From Epithemia pelagica (taxonomy: Eukaryota; Protista; Bacillariophyta), in NCBI GenBank assembly GCA_946965045.2, contig OX337228.1:4030001-4094000 (forward strand): 64,000 nt of DNA. The letters run 5' to 3'. A model generated the notes under the pieces. That model was not told the DNA's origin. It was given only the letters and a program-made list of their open reading frames with translations, and searched no databases. Of the stretch, positions 31,751 to 43,517 are shown piece by piece (position 1 is the stretch's first letter; the number at the start of each line of letters is the position of its first letter). The translations under genes and the position numbers were made by a program.

Positions 31751-34700
31751 CTACGAATTTTTCTTTTTGTTGTTTGTCATGCAGGTATTCAGGTCAATCA
31801 AGAGAAATGAAGATGGTGCCTTGTTCAAGGCTCGTTTGGGGCAGCGTTGGTCATGGGGTGGACGTCCTTTCCCTCGTTCTACGCAGTACTTCATGTACTT
31901 GACGCAACAGAACTGGGTTTGGACACGAGGTGGTGGTCCGAAGGGAGGAAAGGTGGGCCTACATCTCGGGACGGATTGAAGACCACCCCAGCCATGGGGA
32001 TTGCTGTGGAATGCAAAGGGGTATTGCTGTTGATCGGGGAGTGTTGTTGGCCGTTGCTGATTTTGCTTGTACGGGTTGACAGGTTGGTTTTTCTGTCTTG
32101 TTGTCGTTGTTGTTGTTGCCGATTGCAGTACCACCAACCCATTTGCTGTTGTTGCCATTGCAGGTGTGCTGTTTGCTGCATTTTGAGGCTCTTTGTGTTG
32201 TTGTTGTTGATCCTGCACTGTCGCTGCTGATTGATTTGTTGCTGCCATCGTTGTTGGTAAGGCTTCGCTGTTGTTTGTAACCTTTTGCTTTTTGTTGCTG
32301 GTGTTGTTCTCATCCAAATCGTCGCTCTCTTTTTCTTCTCCCTCTCTTTCCTTTCTCTTATTGCTACTGATTGCCTGTGCTTGTGCTGTTTCTTGTTGTT
32401 GTGTCTGTTGTTGTGTTTCTTGCCGTGTCTGTTGTTGTGTTTCTGGCTGTGTCTGTGGTTGTTGTATTTTGGCTGGATTCTCCTTGCTAAAATGTTGTTG
32501 GATTTCATCTTCGACCTCTGACTCCTCCTCTGCCAAACCCAACAATGGAATGGACGTGTCATGCGGCAACCTCTTCTTGTTGCTCGCACATTTTCGGCAC
32601 TGGCATCGATCGTTGAGTGGATGCTTTGGAACTTGTTGCGTGATTTCTTTTCTCGTTTCCAGGTACTCGGAGAAAAACCGTTCTCCCGTATCTTCTGGAA
32701 GCTTCTCAACCTCTGGAAAGGGAGGACGAGAAGCTCCAGACATCGAGGCAAGTATATTGATCATGTTTGTTTTGCATGCGTTACCAAAACTCACCACCAT
32801 TTCCCATCCTGCAGGCACCACTGAACGTTCTTCTTGAGACTTCGTCATGATTCTCATCTTGTGACGAATTGCCCTGTTATACTGGGCCGTGCCTGCCAAA
32901 TTCAAAGCATCTGCGAGAGTTTCTTGCATGCCACAGTTGGCAAAATGCGTCAAATTATCATGAAAGCTCTCGAGCTTACTCTCTCCTCTCAAAGGTACGT
33001 ACTCCACTAGCTGGTTGCTTGATCTTGGTGATGGAGGTATCTCACGATACATTTTCTCCACGGGCAAGGGATCAGCAAGGAACTTTGCCTTCTCTTTACA
33101 GTTTTCCAGTGCTTGATGTGTTTCGGCCATAAAAAGAGGTTGATTGGAGTGTGGATCCAATCGGCCTTGTGCTGGTGGCTTGCCAGGAGTGGAAGTGCAC
33201 TTGTATTTGCACTTCCACTCCTCCAACTTGAGGACAATCGTATCGCCACCCCGAATAATCTTCCGTAAGTTCTTTGAGTACCTCTGTCAAAAGGTCTTGG
33301 TTCCCATCATTTCACTGATCTCTTCGTCTGTGTATTGTTTCTTGGAGCTTGATATGGTTCCATTTTTCAAAGAACCAACAAGTTTCTACAAGTCTTCAGG
33401 ATGGTACTCGTAGATCGCATCCAACAAATCCTTCATGGCTATCCCAAAGTCAATGTGCCGTTGTCTGAGCGTCTTGGTTATCCTCTGTATGAAATGGAAA
33501 AGGCCAAGACGGCCTCCAAGTCATCAACCAACAACAACCAAAAATCCTTGCCACAAGGCCATGTGTCAGAGTACATGGCCTTGGGGCAAAACCCGGTACG
33601 TCTCAGCACTTGTTCCGCAGCATGTGCAAACTCGAGTGCTGATGTGTCGTGCACTAACACTGCACAAGCAATTTCTCCTGCCTCTGTTGCCATGGTCCAC
33701 ATTGCAGCTGCATTGAGGCGTCTTGGATAATTTTTCACTACCTGGTGGGTGTGGTCGTGAGCAAACATGTGCTGGCATCTAACCCCTTGAATCTCTCTTG
33801 TGTTTCTCTCGTTGTCAGACACTATCCAGGGTTGCCATTTGGAGCTTGCTCCATCATCATATAGCTGGCGGATTGTCTCGCCTAAAGGTGGGTAGCGAAC
33901 CAGAAACTCACCATCCTTTTGCACGTAGTCTTCTGATTCTTTTCCTGTAGCAGCACAATAAGAATAGTACCTCATTGTCTTGTCTTCATAGCAGGTGTTG
34001 ATTCCTTCATATAGCATCCGACTGATGTAATCTCCATTGCCATAGGTTACCATTGATGCTTCCATTATCCTCGTAGCATCTTTAGCTAGATGCGATGTTC
34101 CTCTAGCATACTTGGGTTCCACTGGGTAACACATAGCCATGTAGGGAGGCAGTCGTGCGAGCAATTCTCCATCATTCGCATAGAAGGCAGCCGAGCACCC
34201 GTCACACTTGTATCCCATAAGTATTGCATACTTTGGGGGACCAGACATGGCGAAAATGGGGAAAAGGGACTTGTTTTTTGAAAACGAGGACAGCGCAAGT
34301 GGTTACTGGGGAAAAACAGCTCCAAATCAACAACCAGGAGTTCCTGTCCCACAATCGAGTCGTACAAAGCACTCGTGTTGTCAGCAATGGGGGGTACAGT
34401 AACGGTCATATTAGTGAAGAAAGGTTTCAAATTCTCAACACAACGCTTAGAACCAAGGCACGTGTCGGTCACATAACTCGCCAACGCATGCACAGCACGT
34501 GGGACATGCACCTCCGTAGGTACTGCTGTCACACGCATAATTACCTCAAACTTGAAATCTTCGGCTGTTGGAACATACGCGCCTTCCTCGCCACCAACGG
34601 TAGAACTTTCCGTTGCCATAGTCACACTAGTAGATTCTGTGTTTTCATTTTCAGCCCCTCTCTTTGCGTTTTTCGACGTGCAATTGGGACGAGGTCGCAT

Positions 34701-35090
34701 GAAAACGTCCACTGCCTCCTTCGTAACATTGGAGGCGGACAGTTTCTCACCACTGGTAAGTGGTTTGCGAATTGCTGCTGCATGGACAGCCTGGGCCTTT
34801 TCTGAGGCCACCACCTCTGCTCCTCTTCCATCGTTCATTCCCTTGCCCCTTGTTGTTGTGTTTTTGCTGCATCTGGGGTGGTGAGGGCGATGAGGGATGG
34901 CCATTCCTCTTGCCTTGGCCCTGCAGATGGGGCAGTCGATGTCGGACTCAAAGATGACCGAAAGGTCCATCTTTCTCCAACCTGAACGCTTCTTCCAACT
35001 CTTCTTTGGCCAACGAGAGTACTGATTTCCGTATCGTTGCGACTGTGGCCCCATGGCCTTGGCCGCTGTGAATTGTGCTGCAGAACTCAT
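31751..35090 (-). pseudogene. Decayed DDE DNA transposase (Mutator/ISL3-related clan, DUF6729-like zinc domain)
   Basis: Three ORF pieces join via frameshifts near 34290 and 33520 and stops at 33386-33388 and 33287-33289. Reconstructed motifs: CPR...YKCDGC, FAHDHTH (D), MYSDTWP (D), GRLGLFHFIQRI, RGESKLESFH (E). No TIRs found. Confidence 0.7.
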
Positions 35091-35739
35091 GATCTCTATT
35101 TGTTATTCTAACTTATTGAAGTGTATCCTCTTTTCCAGGCTTCTGACCATGCTCAAAAGGGTCATGAGATGGTCAGAAGAGGACTTGTCGCAATGGTCGA
35201 CTTGGCCATGCCATGGGCGACCGTGAAGGACCGACCGGATCGGCTGATGCATGTTTTTTGTCCGTGATTCGATGGGTTCCCGGGACACGGTAAGACACTT
35301 GTAACGACATTTGTTTCCTAAGTGATTTTTTGTGAAACGACATTTCTAACCCAATCATATTGCTGCCTTTTGAAACTAACACCTAACACCCCTTTGAGCT
35401 CCTACTCCTAGTACAAAATCCTTGTGTCTCAAACAATGAGATGCTTTCTATATCGGAGCGTAAAACAGCAGTTCATCTACTATTAGTTCTCTACTACACC
35501 CATTCCTCCTCGCCCCGACCATGTTCTATCCAGCTTTACCCACAGAGTATATCGATACACAACACCCATCGAAATCCATTCGCACAGCCAACGTAACACA
35601 CCTGCCTTTTTGTTTCCTATCATTGATCATAGAACATATTACACTCATATCCTCCATCTTTGTGGCACCTTACAACAAATCCACATTTGCATCATTCTTC
35701 CTCTAGACGGTTCCAATCATTTTTGTTCCTTCGCCATGT

Positions 35740-36801
35740 TTATACGACCTGAGCCGCATTGTCGGCACTGGGTACAGGTTGGTATTGCCCCCTGCGCGGA
35801 AGCTGATTGCCATTGGCAGGTGTGGTGGCGGTATTGGCAAATCGACTTTGCAATATATAAAGCATGAGTGCCAAAATGGTCAACTCGGAACCATATTTGA
35901 GAATGGTATAGACATCCCACCATTTGTGAGAAAAGACCTTGTCCACCGTCCCATGCGTATGCCAGTATAGCACCAACAAGATGGCAAAGACCGCTTCCAA
36001 AATGGCTCGTCCAGAAAAGAACAAGTTTCCGGTGACAGTAATCCAGACAATCCGTCGTACTTGACTGTCGGTGGACACTTGATTGATGGCCCCCAAGGTT
36101 TGAAGGACAGTACGGAATCGATGAGAGAAAATGGTAATTTCACAGACACACACGAAACTGACAAAGGCCAACAAGACGGCATTGTACAAAATCATGCCTT
36201 CGGTAGAATAGACGTGGCACAAGAAGAGGACCAAATTGATCAATTCCAAGACGACCAAGCCACCGACCAATGCAAAAAAGGTGTACATGGGAACGGATCG
36301 TCGTGCACCGGGGTGAAAGTACTTTTTCAGAATATCGGCCCAGTACACAAGAATGAGAATAAAAATGGCAAAGAGCGTCAAACTACCGGCCGTGACGGTA
36401 AGTTCGGACAACATGGCACCGACCCAGGAAGGACGACTGCCATCCCAGGCCATGACGGCAATGGGCACATAACTCGGCTTCCACACATTGGAGGGAATGA
36501 GGAACCACAAGGTCCGCAAGGCCGAGGTCGCACCAATCAAGGAATAAAAGGCGGTCACCACATAGGTTTCGGCACCACCACCTTGTCCTTGTTGTTGACG
36601 ACTCATGAGCATGCGTTTGGCCGCGACACTCGCCGTAATCAAAAAGGCCAATCCAAAGACAATGTCCATGTAGACTTCCATACGTGTTTCTTGTTGATCT
36701 TCAACCAGCATTTGCGTACCCGACGGACCATCCGATGCAGAAGATGAGGCCGAAGTACTGCTTTCTTCGTTCAAAGCTCGAGTTAAAGAAGACCACCACA
36801 T
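35740..36801 (-). CDS. Multi-pass membrane protein, THH1/TOM1/TOM3-like
   Basis: About seven hydrophobic segments; FAIFILILVYWADI and RRIVWITVTGNLFFSGRAI resemble the TOM1 family. Confidence 0.6.
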   Translation of the reverse strand: MWWSSLTRALNEESSTSASSSASDGPSGTQMLVEDQQETRMEVYMDIVFGLAFLITASVAAKRMLMSRQQQGQGGGAETYVVTAFYSLIGATSALRTLWFLIPSNVWKPSYVPIAVMAWDGSRPSWVGAMLSELTVTAGSLTLFAIFILILVYWADILKKYFHPGARRSVPMYTFFALVGGLVVLELINLVLFLCHVYSTEGMILYNAVLLAFVSFVCVCEITIFSHRFRTVLQTLGAINQVSTDSQVRRIVWITVTGNLFFSGRAILEAVFAILLVLYWHTHGTVDKVFSHKWWDVYTILKYGSELTILALMLYILQSRFANTATTPANGNQLPRRGQYQPVPSADNAAQVV

Positions 36802-37481
36802 GATGATTGATGTTGATGGAGATTTTGGGGGCTTGGGAGTGCTTTTGCGTCAAGAGGCAACGGATCGTTGGTTTGTTGTCCAAGCACTAGGAGATTGGTT
36901 GCGTTTCCAGGCGCACCTTTCGACGAAAGAAGCAGAGGTTGTTGAGTTTATTGCGGTTGGGTTTGCCAAAGATGATGATGGAACCTTTATGTCGGTACCT
37001 CAGTCGGTATAGAGCAACACGAGCAATACGGGCAATGGCAAACGTCCAATACAAAGATTCTCTCTCTTTGTAGTACGGCTATGCGTCCGCATTGTAGACT
37101 TGCTTGTCTGTTGCGCCGTGCTCCTGCTCGCCCCCTACACCCTACACGATTGTGGAACGCCAACCATGCTCGTGCCCGCGCGCGCAGCAAGCATCACGCA
37201 TTGGTCACGGTCACACACACCTTTTTAATTTTTCGACCGAAACGCGACCTCATCTGCTCCCGTAATTTTTGGCTTGCCCATGGGAATGACCAAAGACGCG
37301 AGACGAATCGGATATCGGCCTTCTTCCTGTTCGGGGTAGGCTTCTATTGTGTTACAACCGTCTCTTGTCTCTATTCAGTTTTCTTGTGTGAGGGTGTCTC
37401 GCTCTCACATCCCTTGCCAAGTGCGCATTTTCTCCCCAGCAATCGTTCACCATTTCGTCCTTTCAGACCTCCTTTGACAGT

Positions 37482-40400
37482 ATGTCGACCGGTGGCATGG
37501 CGCTATCCAAGGAATTCTTTGAATTCCTCAAGGCCATTGGGGAATCGAAATCCAAACAAGAAGAAGATCGCATTGTCCTTCGGGAAATGCAGCGGCTGAA
37601 ATCGAAATTGGAACCGGTTCCTGCCAACATGACGCATCCCTTGTCCTCGAAAAAGAAGGCCAAGGAGTTTTTGGTCCGTATCCTTTATGTGGAAATGTTG
37701 GGCCACGATGCAAGCTTTGGTTACATCAAGGCAGTCGAATTGGCTGCGTCCGCCTCGCTCTATCACAAACGAACGGGTTACTTGGTGTGTGGAGCCTGTT
37801 TGCCGCCAACCCATGAATTTCGCTTCATGTTGGTGAACCAGATGCAGCGAGACTTGAGTTCCTCCAATGTATTGGAATGTTCGGGTGGTATTTTGGCCTG
37901 TACGGCCATTATTACGGCCGATATGGTCCCTGCCGTGGCCACTGAAGTCCAAAAACTGTTGACACATGAATCGGCCACCATTCGCAAAAAGTCCATTGTG
38001 TGTTATCATCGCTTTCATCAATTGGACGATCAGACCGTCACGGTCCAACAATTGCAAGATGCCCTGCGCAAATCGATTTGCGATAAGGAACCCAGTGTCA
38101 TGGGTGCCTCCCTCTCTGTCATTGAAGCCTTGCTTCGCAATGCCGTCAAACACAATACGGATCAAACCCCCTTCAAGGAATTGGTGCCTTCCTTGGTCTC
38201 CATTCTCAAACAAATTGGAGAACATCGATTGCCCAGTGATTACGAATACCACCGAGTGCCAGCACCCTGGATGCAATTGAAACTCATTCGTATTTTGGGA
38301 TTGTTGGGACAAGCGGATGCCCGTACCAGTCAAGGCATGTACGAAGTCTTGCACACTACCTTGAAACAAGCCGATGCTGGTATCAATGCAGGATATGCCA
38401 TTTTGTACGAATGCTGTTTCACCATTTGCAAAATCTACCCCAATCCCACTCTCTTGGATGCTGCCGCTGAAGCCATTGCCCGATTCATTACCAGTCGATC
38501 CAACAACGTCAAATATTTAGGAGTTACGGCCTTGGCACAAATGGTGGAACAACATCCCAAATATGCCGCTCAACATCAATTGGCTGTCTTGGATTGTTTG
38601 GAGGATACCGATGAAACCTTGCAACGCAAAACTTTGGATTTGCTCTATCGCATGACCAATCCAGTCAATGTTGAATTCATTGCCGCCAAACTCATTGAGT
38701 TTATCACCGATACCAATACCACCGATGTCTTTTTGAAGCAGGTTTTGACGACACGCGTGTGTACCATCGCCGAAAAGTATGCGCCCAACAATGCTTGGTA
38801 CATTTCCACAATTACGCACTTGTGTCAAGTGGCAGGGGATTGGGTTGACCCTCGTGTGGCACAAAACCTCATGTCCCTCTTGGCCGAAGGAACGGGTGAA
38901 TCCGATGAAGCCGATGTCCAGTTGCGTCAATCGGCCATTGACATTTATGTCGATTTGTTGTTGAACAAGCAAGATGGCCACGATGTCGCCACCTTACCAT
39001 CGGTTTTGATTGAAACCATGGCTTGGTGTTTGGGAGAATACGCCTACTTGTCCGAAACTACCACGGTAACGGCTGTTTTGGAAGAATTGTGTCGCTTGGC
39101 TCGCAACTACAAGTCCTCGCTTCACAATACCACCAGTACAGCCTTGCATCGTCGGACTCGACAAGCCATTGTCTCGGCCATTTTGAAATTGGTGGCCCAA
39201 GCTGGAACCTGCCCTCCTACGGCGGCCGCGACCATTGATGAATACACCAAGAGTACCAATCCGGAATTGGCCTGTCAGTGTTTGGAATTCCAAGCCATGT
39301 TGACCCAATCACCTCATATGCTTCCTCATGTCTTCCCTGTCGATGCGTCAGCCGAAGATGTCGATGTGGATGTCAACTTGTCCTTTTTGGATGGTTATGT
39401 CCACGAGGCTCTGTCCAGTGGACGGGCACAACCCTACGAAAAACCCGAAGACGACGATGATGACGATGACGGAGGAGCTTACTATTCCAACAATCGATCC
39501 GGTGGTGGATCGGCCTTTAATTTGACACCTTACGAAAAACCGACTCAACCGACGCATTCTGGAACCATGATGTTGTCCAGTGTTGCCAGTCATGGAGCGG
39601 GTGGGACGCAAGGAATGAGTTTGCCACCCGGCAGTGGAGGCACTGGTAGTACCTTGCCCTTACCAGATGGTGGAGCGGCGACGCCTGGAGCTGCACCCGG
39701 TGGACTCAATACCCGTAACGTGGCCAATGTTTGGGGTAAGGGTGGATTGACATCAGCGCAACCACCCGCTCCTCCACCAGCTGCTGTGGCTGCTCCTGAA
39801 GCAACCGCCGCCGCCCCCGATGCTCAACAACAGAAATGGAATCAATTTTCCAATTCTGGTCGAGGAGCGTCAACCACCACATCGGCATCATCTGCCTATG
39901 GAGGTTCGGCAACGCCGGCTGCACCCGTTGCGGCGGAAAAAACAGAAGCACAAATGGAAAAAGAACGCATGGCGGCGGCCTTGTTTGGAGGTATTGTCCC
40001 GGGTAGTACGGCTCCAGTACCTGCCTCCAACGTTCCGTCCTTTGTGCCCAAACGAACGCCTCGAGCAGCCGCACCACCACCGGCAGCCGCTCCCCCTCCG
40101 GCGGTTGCGGCTGCTCCTGTAGCAGCACCACCCGCTCCTGCACCGGAAATTGATTTGCTCGACATGTCGGCCTGGGATGCCCCGGCCCCCGCTGCAGCTG
40201 CTCCAGCACCACCCACCAACTTTGATGTGGTTGCGCCTCCGGCCGATTCTGCGCCTCCTCCTCTTGTTGAAACTGTGAGTGACGAAGACCCTTCCCCTGC
40301 TGCGGCACCCGCACCGGCCTCCATGGTGGATCCCTTTGCTGGGGCCGGTTTGTTGGATTCCGTCCACGACAAGCCCTTGGCAGGTTTAGCGGCCACAGCG

Positions 40401-40760
40401 ACGCATTTTGAGTATCAGGGCACGGCCATGACACCCTTGACCATTAACACGGCGCAATTTGGACAATATTGGGGTTCCTGCCCAGGTACATCGACTGGAA
40501 CCATCCCTTCGTCGTCGATTTCTAGTTTGGAGAACTACATGGGCAAGATCAAATCCAGTGTCGGAGCGCATTCAGTAGAAGCCATTGCCGCGACACAAGA
40601 AGGAATTTGTGCTGGATCCATTGGTGCCTCCCAAATGTGTCTTATTCATGCCAAATTGACCCCATCACCCGGATCTATGCGCATTGACTTTACCGTTAAA
40701 TCGACCGATGCTGCCATTGCCTCCTCCTTGGCCATGTACCTACAAACGATGCTGCGTTAG
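37482..40760 (+). CDS. AP4E1: AP-4 complex subunit epsilon
   Basis: LSKEFFEFLKAIGESKSKQEEDRIV, YVEMLGHDASFGYIKAV, DYEYHRVPAPWMQLKL, DCLEDTDETLQRKTLDLL; Pro/Ala hinge plus C-terminal ear. Confidence 0.93.
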   Translation: MSTGGMALSKEFFEFLKAIGESKSKQEEDRIVLREMQRLKSKLEPVPANMTHPLSSKKKAKEFLVRILYVEMLGHDASFGYIKAVELAASASLYHKRTGYLVCGACLPPTHEFRFMLVNQMQRDLSSSNVLECSGGILACTAIITADMVPAVATEVQKLLTHESATIRKKSIVCYHRFHQLDDQTVTVQQLQDALRKSICDKEPSVMGASLSVIEALLRNAVKHNTDQTPFKELVPSLVSILKQIGEHRLPSDYEYHRVPAPWMQLKLIRILGLLGQADARTSQGMYEVLHTTLKQADAGINAGYAILYECCFTICKIYPNPTLLDAAAEAIARFITSRSNNVKYLGVTALAQMVEQHPKYAAQHQLAVLDCLEDTDETLQRKTLDLLYRMTNPVNVEFIAAKLIEFITDTNTTDVFLKQVLTTRVCTIAEKYAPNNAWYISTITHLCQVAGDWVDPRVAQNLMSLLAEGTGESDEADVQLRQSAIDIYVDLLLNKQDGHDVATLPSVLIETMAWCLGEYAYLSETTTVTAVLEELCRLARNYKSSLHNTTSTALHRRTRQAIVSAILKLVAQAGTCPPTAAATIDEYTKSTNPELACQCLEFQAMLTQSPHMLPHVFPVDASAEDVDVDVNLSFLDGYVHEALSSGRAQPYEKPEDDDDDDDGGAYYSNNRSGGGSAFNLTPYEKPTQPTHSGTMMLSSVASHGAGGTQGMSLPPGSGGTGSTLPLPDGGAATPGAAPGGLNTRNVANVWGKGGLTSAQPPAPPPAAVAAPEATAAAPDAQQQKWNQFSNSGRGASTTTSASSAYGGSATPAAPVAAEKTEAQMEKERMAAALFGGIVPGSTAPVPASNVPSFVPKRTPRAAAPPPAAAPPPAVAAAPVAAPPAPAPEIDLLDMSAWDAPAPAAAAPAPPTNFDVVAPPADSAPPPLVETVSDEDPSPAAAPAPASMVDPFAGAGLLDSVHDKPLAGLAATATHFEYQGTAMTPLTINTAQFGQYWGSCPGTSTGTIPSSSISSLENYMGKIKSSVGAHSVEAIAATQEGICAGSIGASQMCLIHAKLTPSPGSMRIDFTVKSTDAAIASSLAMYLQTMLR

Positions 40761-40879
40761 TGGGTCAAAAAAGAAATGTGGTAAAAGAATCTAAGAGTTT
40801 AGAATGTAGCAAAGGTTATCTGGTTGGTATGTTTGGTACGGTGAATCACGATGAAACATTGTAGGAGGTCTTCGTTTAA

Positions 40880-43117
40880 CTATTTGGCATATTTGGCACG
40901 CTTGGCGGCTCGTTCTTCGGGTGTGTTGATTTCGCGAAGGGTTTGGCTGCACTTTTTACGGGCGGTAACTTCATCAATTTCAAACCACTTGTTTTCCTTC
41001 GAGTCCAACTTGAGAAATCGGCCACCCCATTCGTGAACGGTATCCACCAATTCTTGTGAAATCGGTGTTTTGGCTGTCTTGTCAGCGGCCAGATACCTTT
41101 CTTGCATTCGGTCCTTAACTTCCAAATACTTTTTGTTGCCAGGATGATTGTTCGTCCGGCCTCCTCGTCCCAACAGGACATCGGCATCGTTGGGTTGGAC
41201 AAAGCGTGGTTGCGAGGAAGATCGTTTGGAAGATTCTCTCTTGCCCGAATTGGGTTTTCTGTGAGAAACTGAGGCTTGTGCCCTTTTGTTCCAGTCTTCG
41301 TCGTCGTCGTCATAATCTGCATCATCGTCATCGGTGCTACTGGTTGCTCCGCCTTGCGGTTGCGCAGATAATGCCTGGGAAGATGGTGGTTTGGAAGACG
41401 AAGATACAACTGCCAGCTTGGTGTCCAGCGTCCCTATCGAGCTAGTAGTCTCCTTTTGTGCTTGTGCTTCTTGTTGTTCCCGCATGGCTGCTGTGGCTGC
41501 CAGCAATAGCATGTCTGCTGGAGTTTGTGACTTGTTTGTTTGGGACACTGACGTTGACGTTGAGGCACTGGTTGAGGCTACACCAGCCTCCAAATCTTGC
41601 ATGACCAACGCATTCCAATCTCGTTTCCGAGTGTTGGTAGTAGTTGTCATGTCACTTTTCTTGTCTTGTTCTATTGCTGCTTGTGGACGCCCCTCTCGAG
41701 AGCGAAATACTTGTTCAAAGTCAACATCCTCTTGTACCGGTCCCAGATCAGTTCCCCACCCTCGACTTGCAAAGAATTCTAATGCCGTATACGTCAAGGG
41801 AAGTACATTTCCAGACCCTGTACTTGTCGACAATGATGTGGTAGTCGTTTCCTCTGTGGTCGATCTGGCGTTCTGGCCCATGACGACGCTTTGCGCCGCC
41901 CGTGAGATGCTTTGTAACAGCTGCTGGATCAGTTGATTTTGACGCTCTGTAGCCTCATCGGCTGCTGGCGGTACAGTGTCCCTCGGTGTCATTGTTGTTG
42001 TTGGTTCTGTCCCAGGTGGGACATTTGCCGTATTTGCAGACATGGCTGTTTCTTCTCCACCACCAACATGCGTGGAACTTGGTTCTTGAATGGTGATAGA
42101 CAGTGTGCGAGCATTGTCCTCCAAGGGTTCCAATGGTGGTAGACTCACAGAAACACCTGACTGAGAAGCCAACAATCGATTGACAGACTCGGAGCTGGAA
42201 AATAGCTGGGCGTGAGACGATAGTGATTGAAAGATTCGGTCCATCGAAGTAGACCGAGATGACAACAAGTCATTGATGGACTCGGTCGATACTTACATGG
42301 AATCCGTTTCTGGAGCACCACTAGGGATCTGATGCTTCAAGTCTTGGGACGACGACACTGCCGCTGCTGCTGGTTCTTTACCAGGCATGATGGTATCGTA
42401 AGAACACCGACCACTGTCTTGTTCGTTAGTAGGTGTCTGTTTCAATTCTGCTCCCTTTCTGTTACTGTTCATAAGCTCCGCAAGACACTTGCGATGACGA
42501 CGACGTTCTTGAATCTCGAACCACGTGTCGTTCGTGGGATCGTAATCCAAGAATCGACCACCCCAGGCGGCAATGGCAGAAGCCAATTCACGGCCCAAGG
42601 CATCCTTTTCATCACGAGTCTGCATAGCTTCAAACCTTGGTCGAATCTGACTGGATACCTCATGAAATCGAATGTTTCCTGGATTTTGACGAGATTCTGC
42701 ACCGGATTTCAGTAAAATGTCCTCTGTCGTGGGTTGCACAGGGACAAATCTCGTGCCAACAAGTGTAGTGTCGGTGATGTTGTTACTTGACGTACTAGTA
42801 GTCGGAGCAATTGATGCCACTGTTTCGGCAGTCTTGTCGGACTTTGCAATATCTTCCATTCGTTTTATTCGATCACAGCTTTCTGGTGTTACAATCTTGT
42901 TGCTTGGACCGTATCGGGGAGAGCATGGGGGCGTCGCGACGATGGATAACTTGGCCATCTTGGAATTGTGTGAGCAAAGAGGGAAACTTTTCAAACGTGC
43001 CTGGGTGGGGTGAAATTGAAATGTGCAGTCGCCTCCCCCATCGATACATCTGTGTCTCGCGGCCGGTGCGCTTGCGACTTCGAAAGAACCACAACGCGGA
43101 ACACCACGTGTCGCCAT
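40880..43117 (-). CDS. Protein with two DUF6824-like domains, probably one gene with an intron at 42296-42195
   Basis: Domain copies EDILLKSGAESRQNPGNIRF...WGGRFL...WFEI and DVLLGRGGRTNNHPGNKKY...WGGRFL...WFEI...KKCSQTLRE. A GTAAGT donor at 42296 and a TTTTCCAG acceptor ending 42195 join the two ORFs in frame. Start uncertain. Confidence 0.7.
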
Positions 43118-43517
43118 GTAGTATCGCTATCCCTAAGCTAGTTGAGCCGTTCATAAATTCCATGGGGGAAGAAGGGGAAACAAAAAACAAGGGGAGAAAA
43201 GGGGGAAGTTAAGTATGTGATATCTAAAAGGGCGTGATTAGACTATACCGTCCGTAGACACCCACCAGCCATCCTTGCAACGGTCGATCCTTTCAAGCAG
43301 AAGAAACCAAAAAATCCAAGGAAAAACTGAAAAGTCCAAGAAGTGTCTCTGTGCTGGTTAAGCGGATCGACTTCTGTCACGACAACCTGATATCCCTCCA
43401 CCCGACGGGAAAGAACGGGCTTTGCGTTTTTGCGTGATCCATCCTTGGACTGATCTTCAAGAAATCTGATTTCCTAGAAAAGCCTCGTCTGGAAGACAAA
43501 CGAAGGCCAACATCATC

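Noticed and set aside
32080-32480. CAA/TTG-rich low-complexity tracts and antisense Leu/Val/Cys-rich ORFs here and in other genes
   Set aside because: They reflect Gln/Asn/Thr-rich coding on the opposite strand.
31261-35540. GTAAAGC/GCTTTAC as terminal inverted repeats of the transposase element
   Set aside because: Only 7 bp match, with no extension and no TSD.
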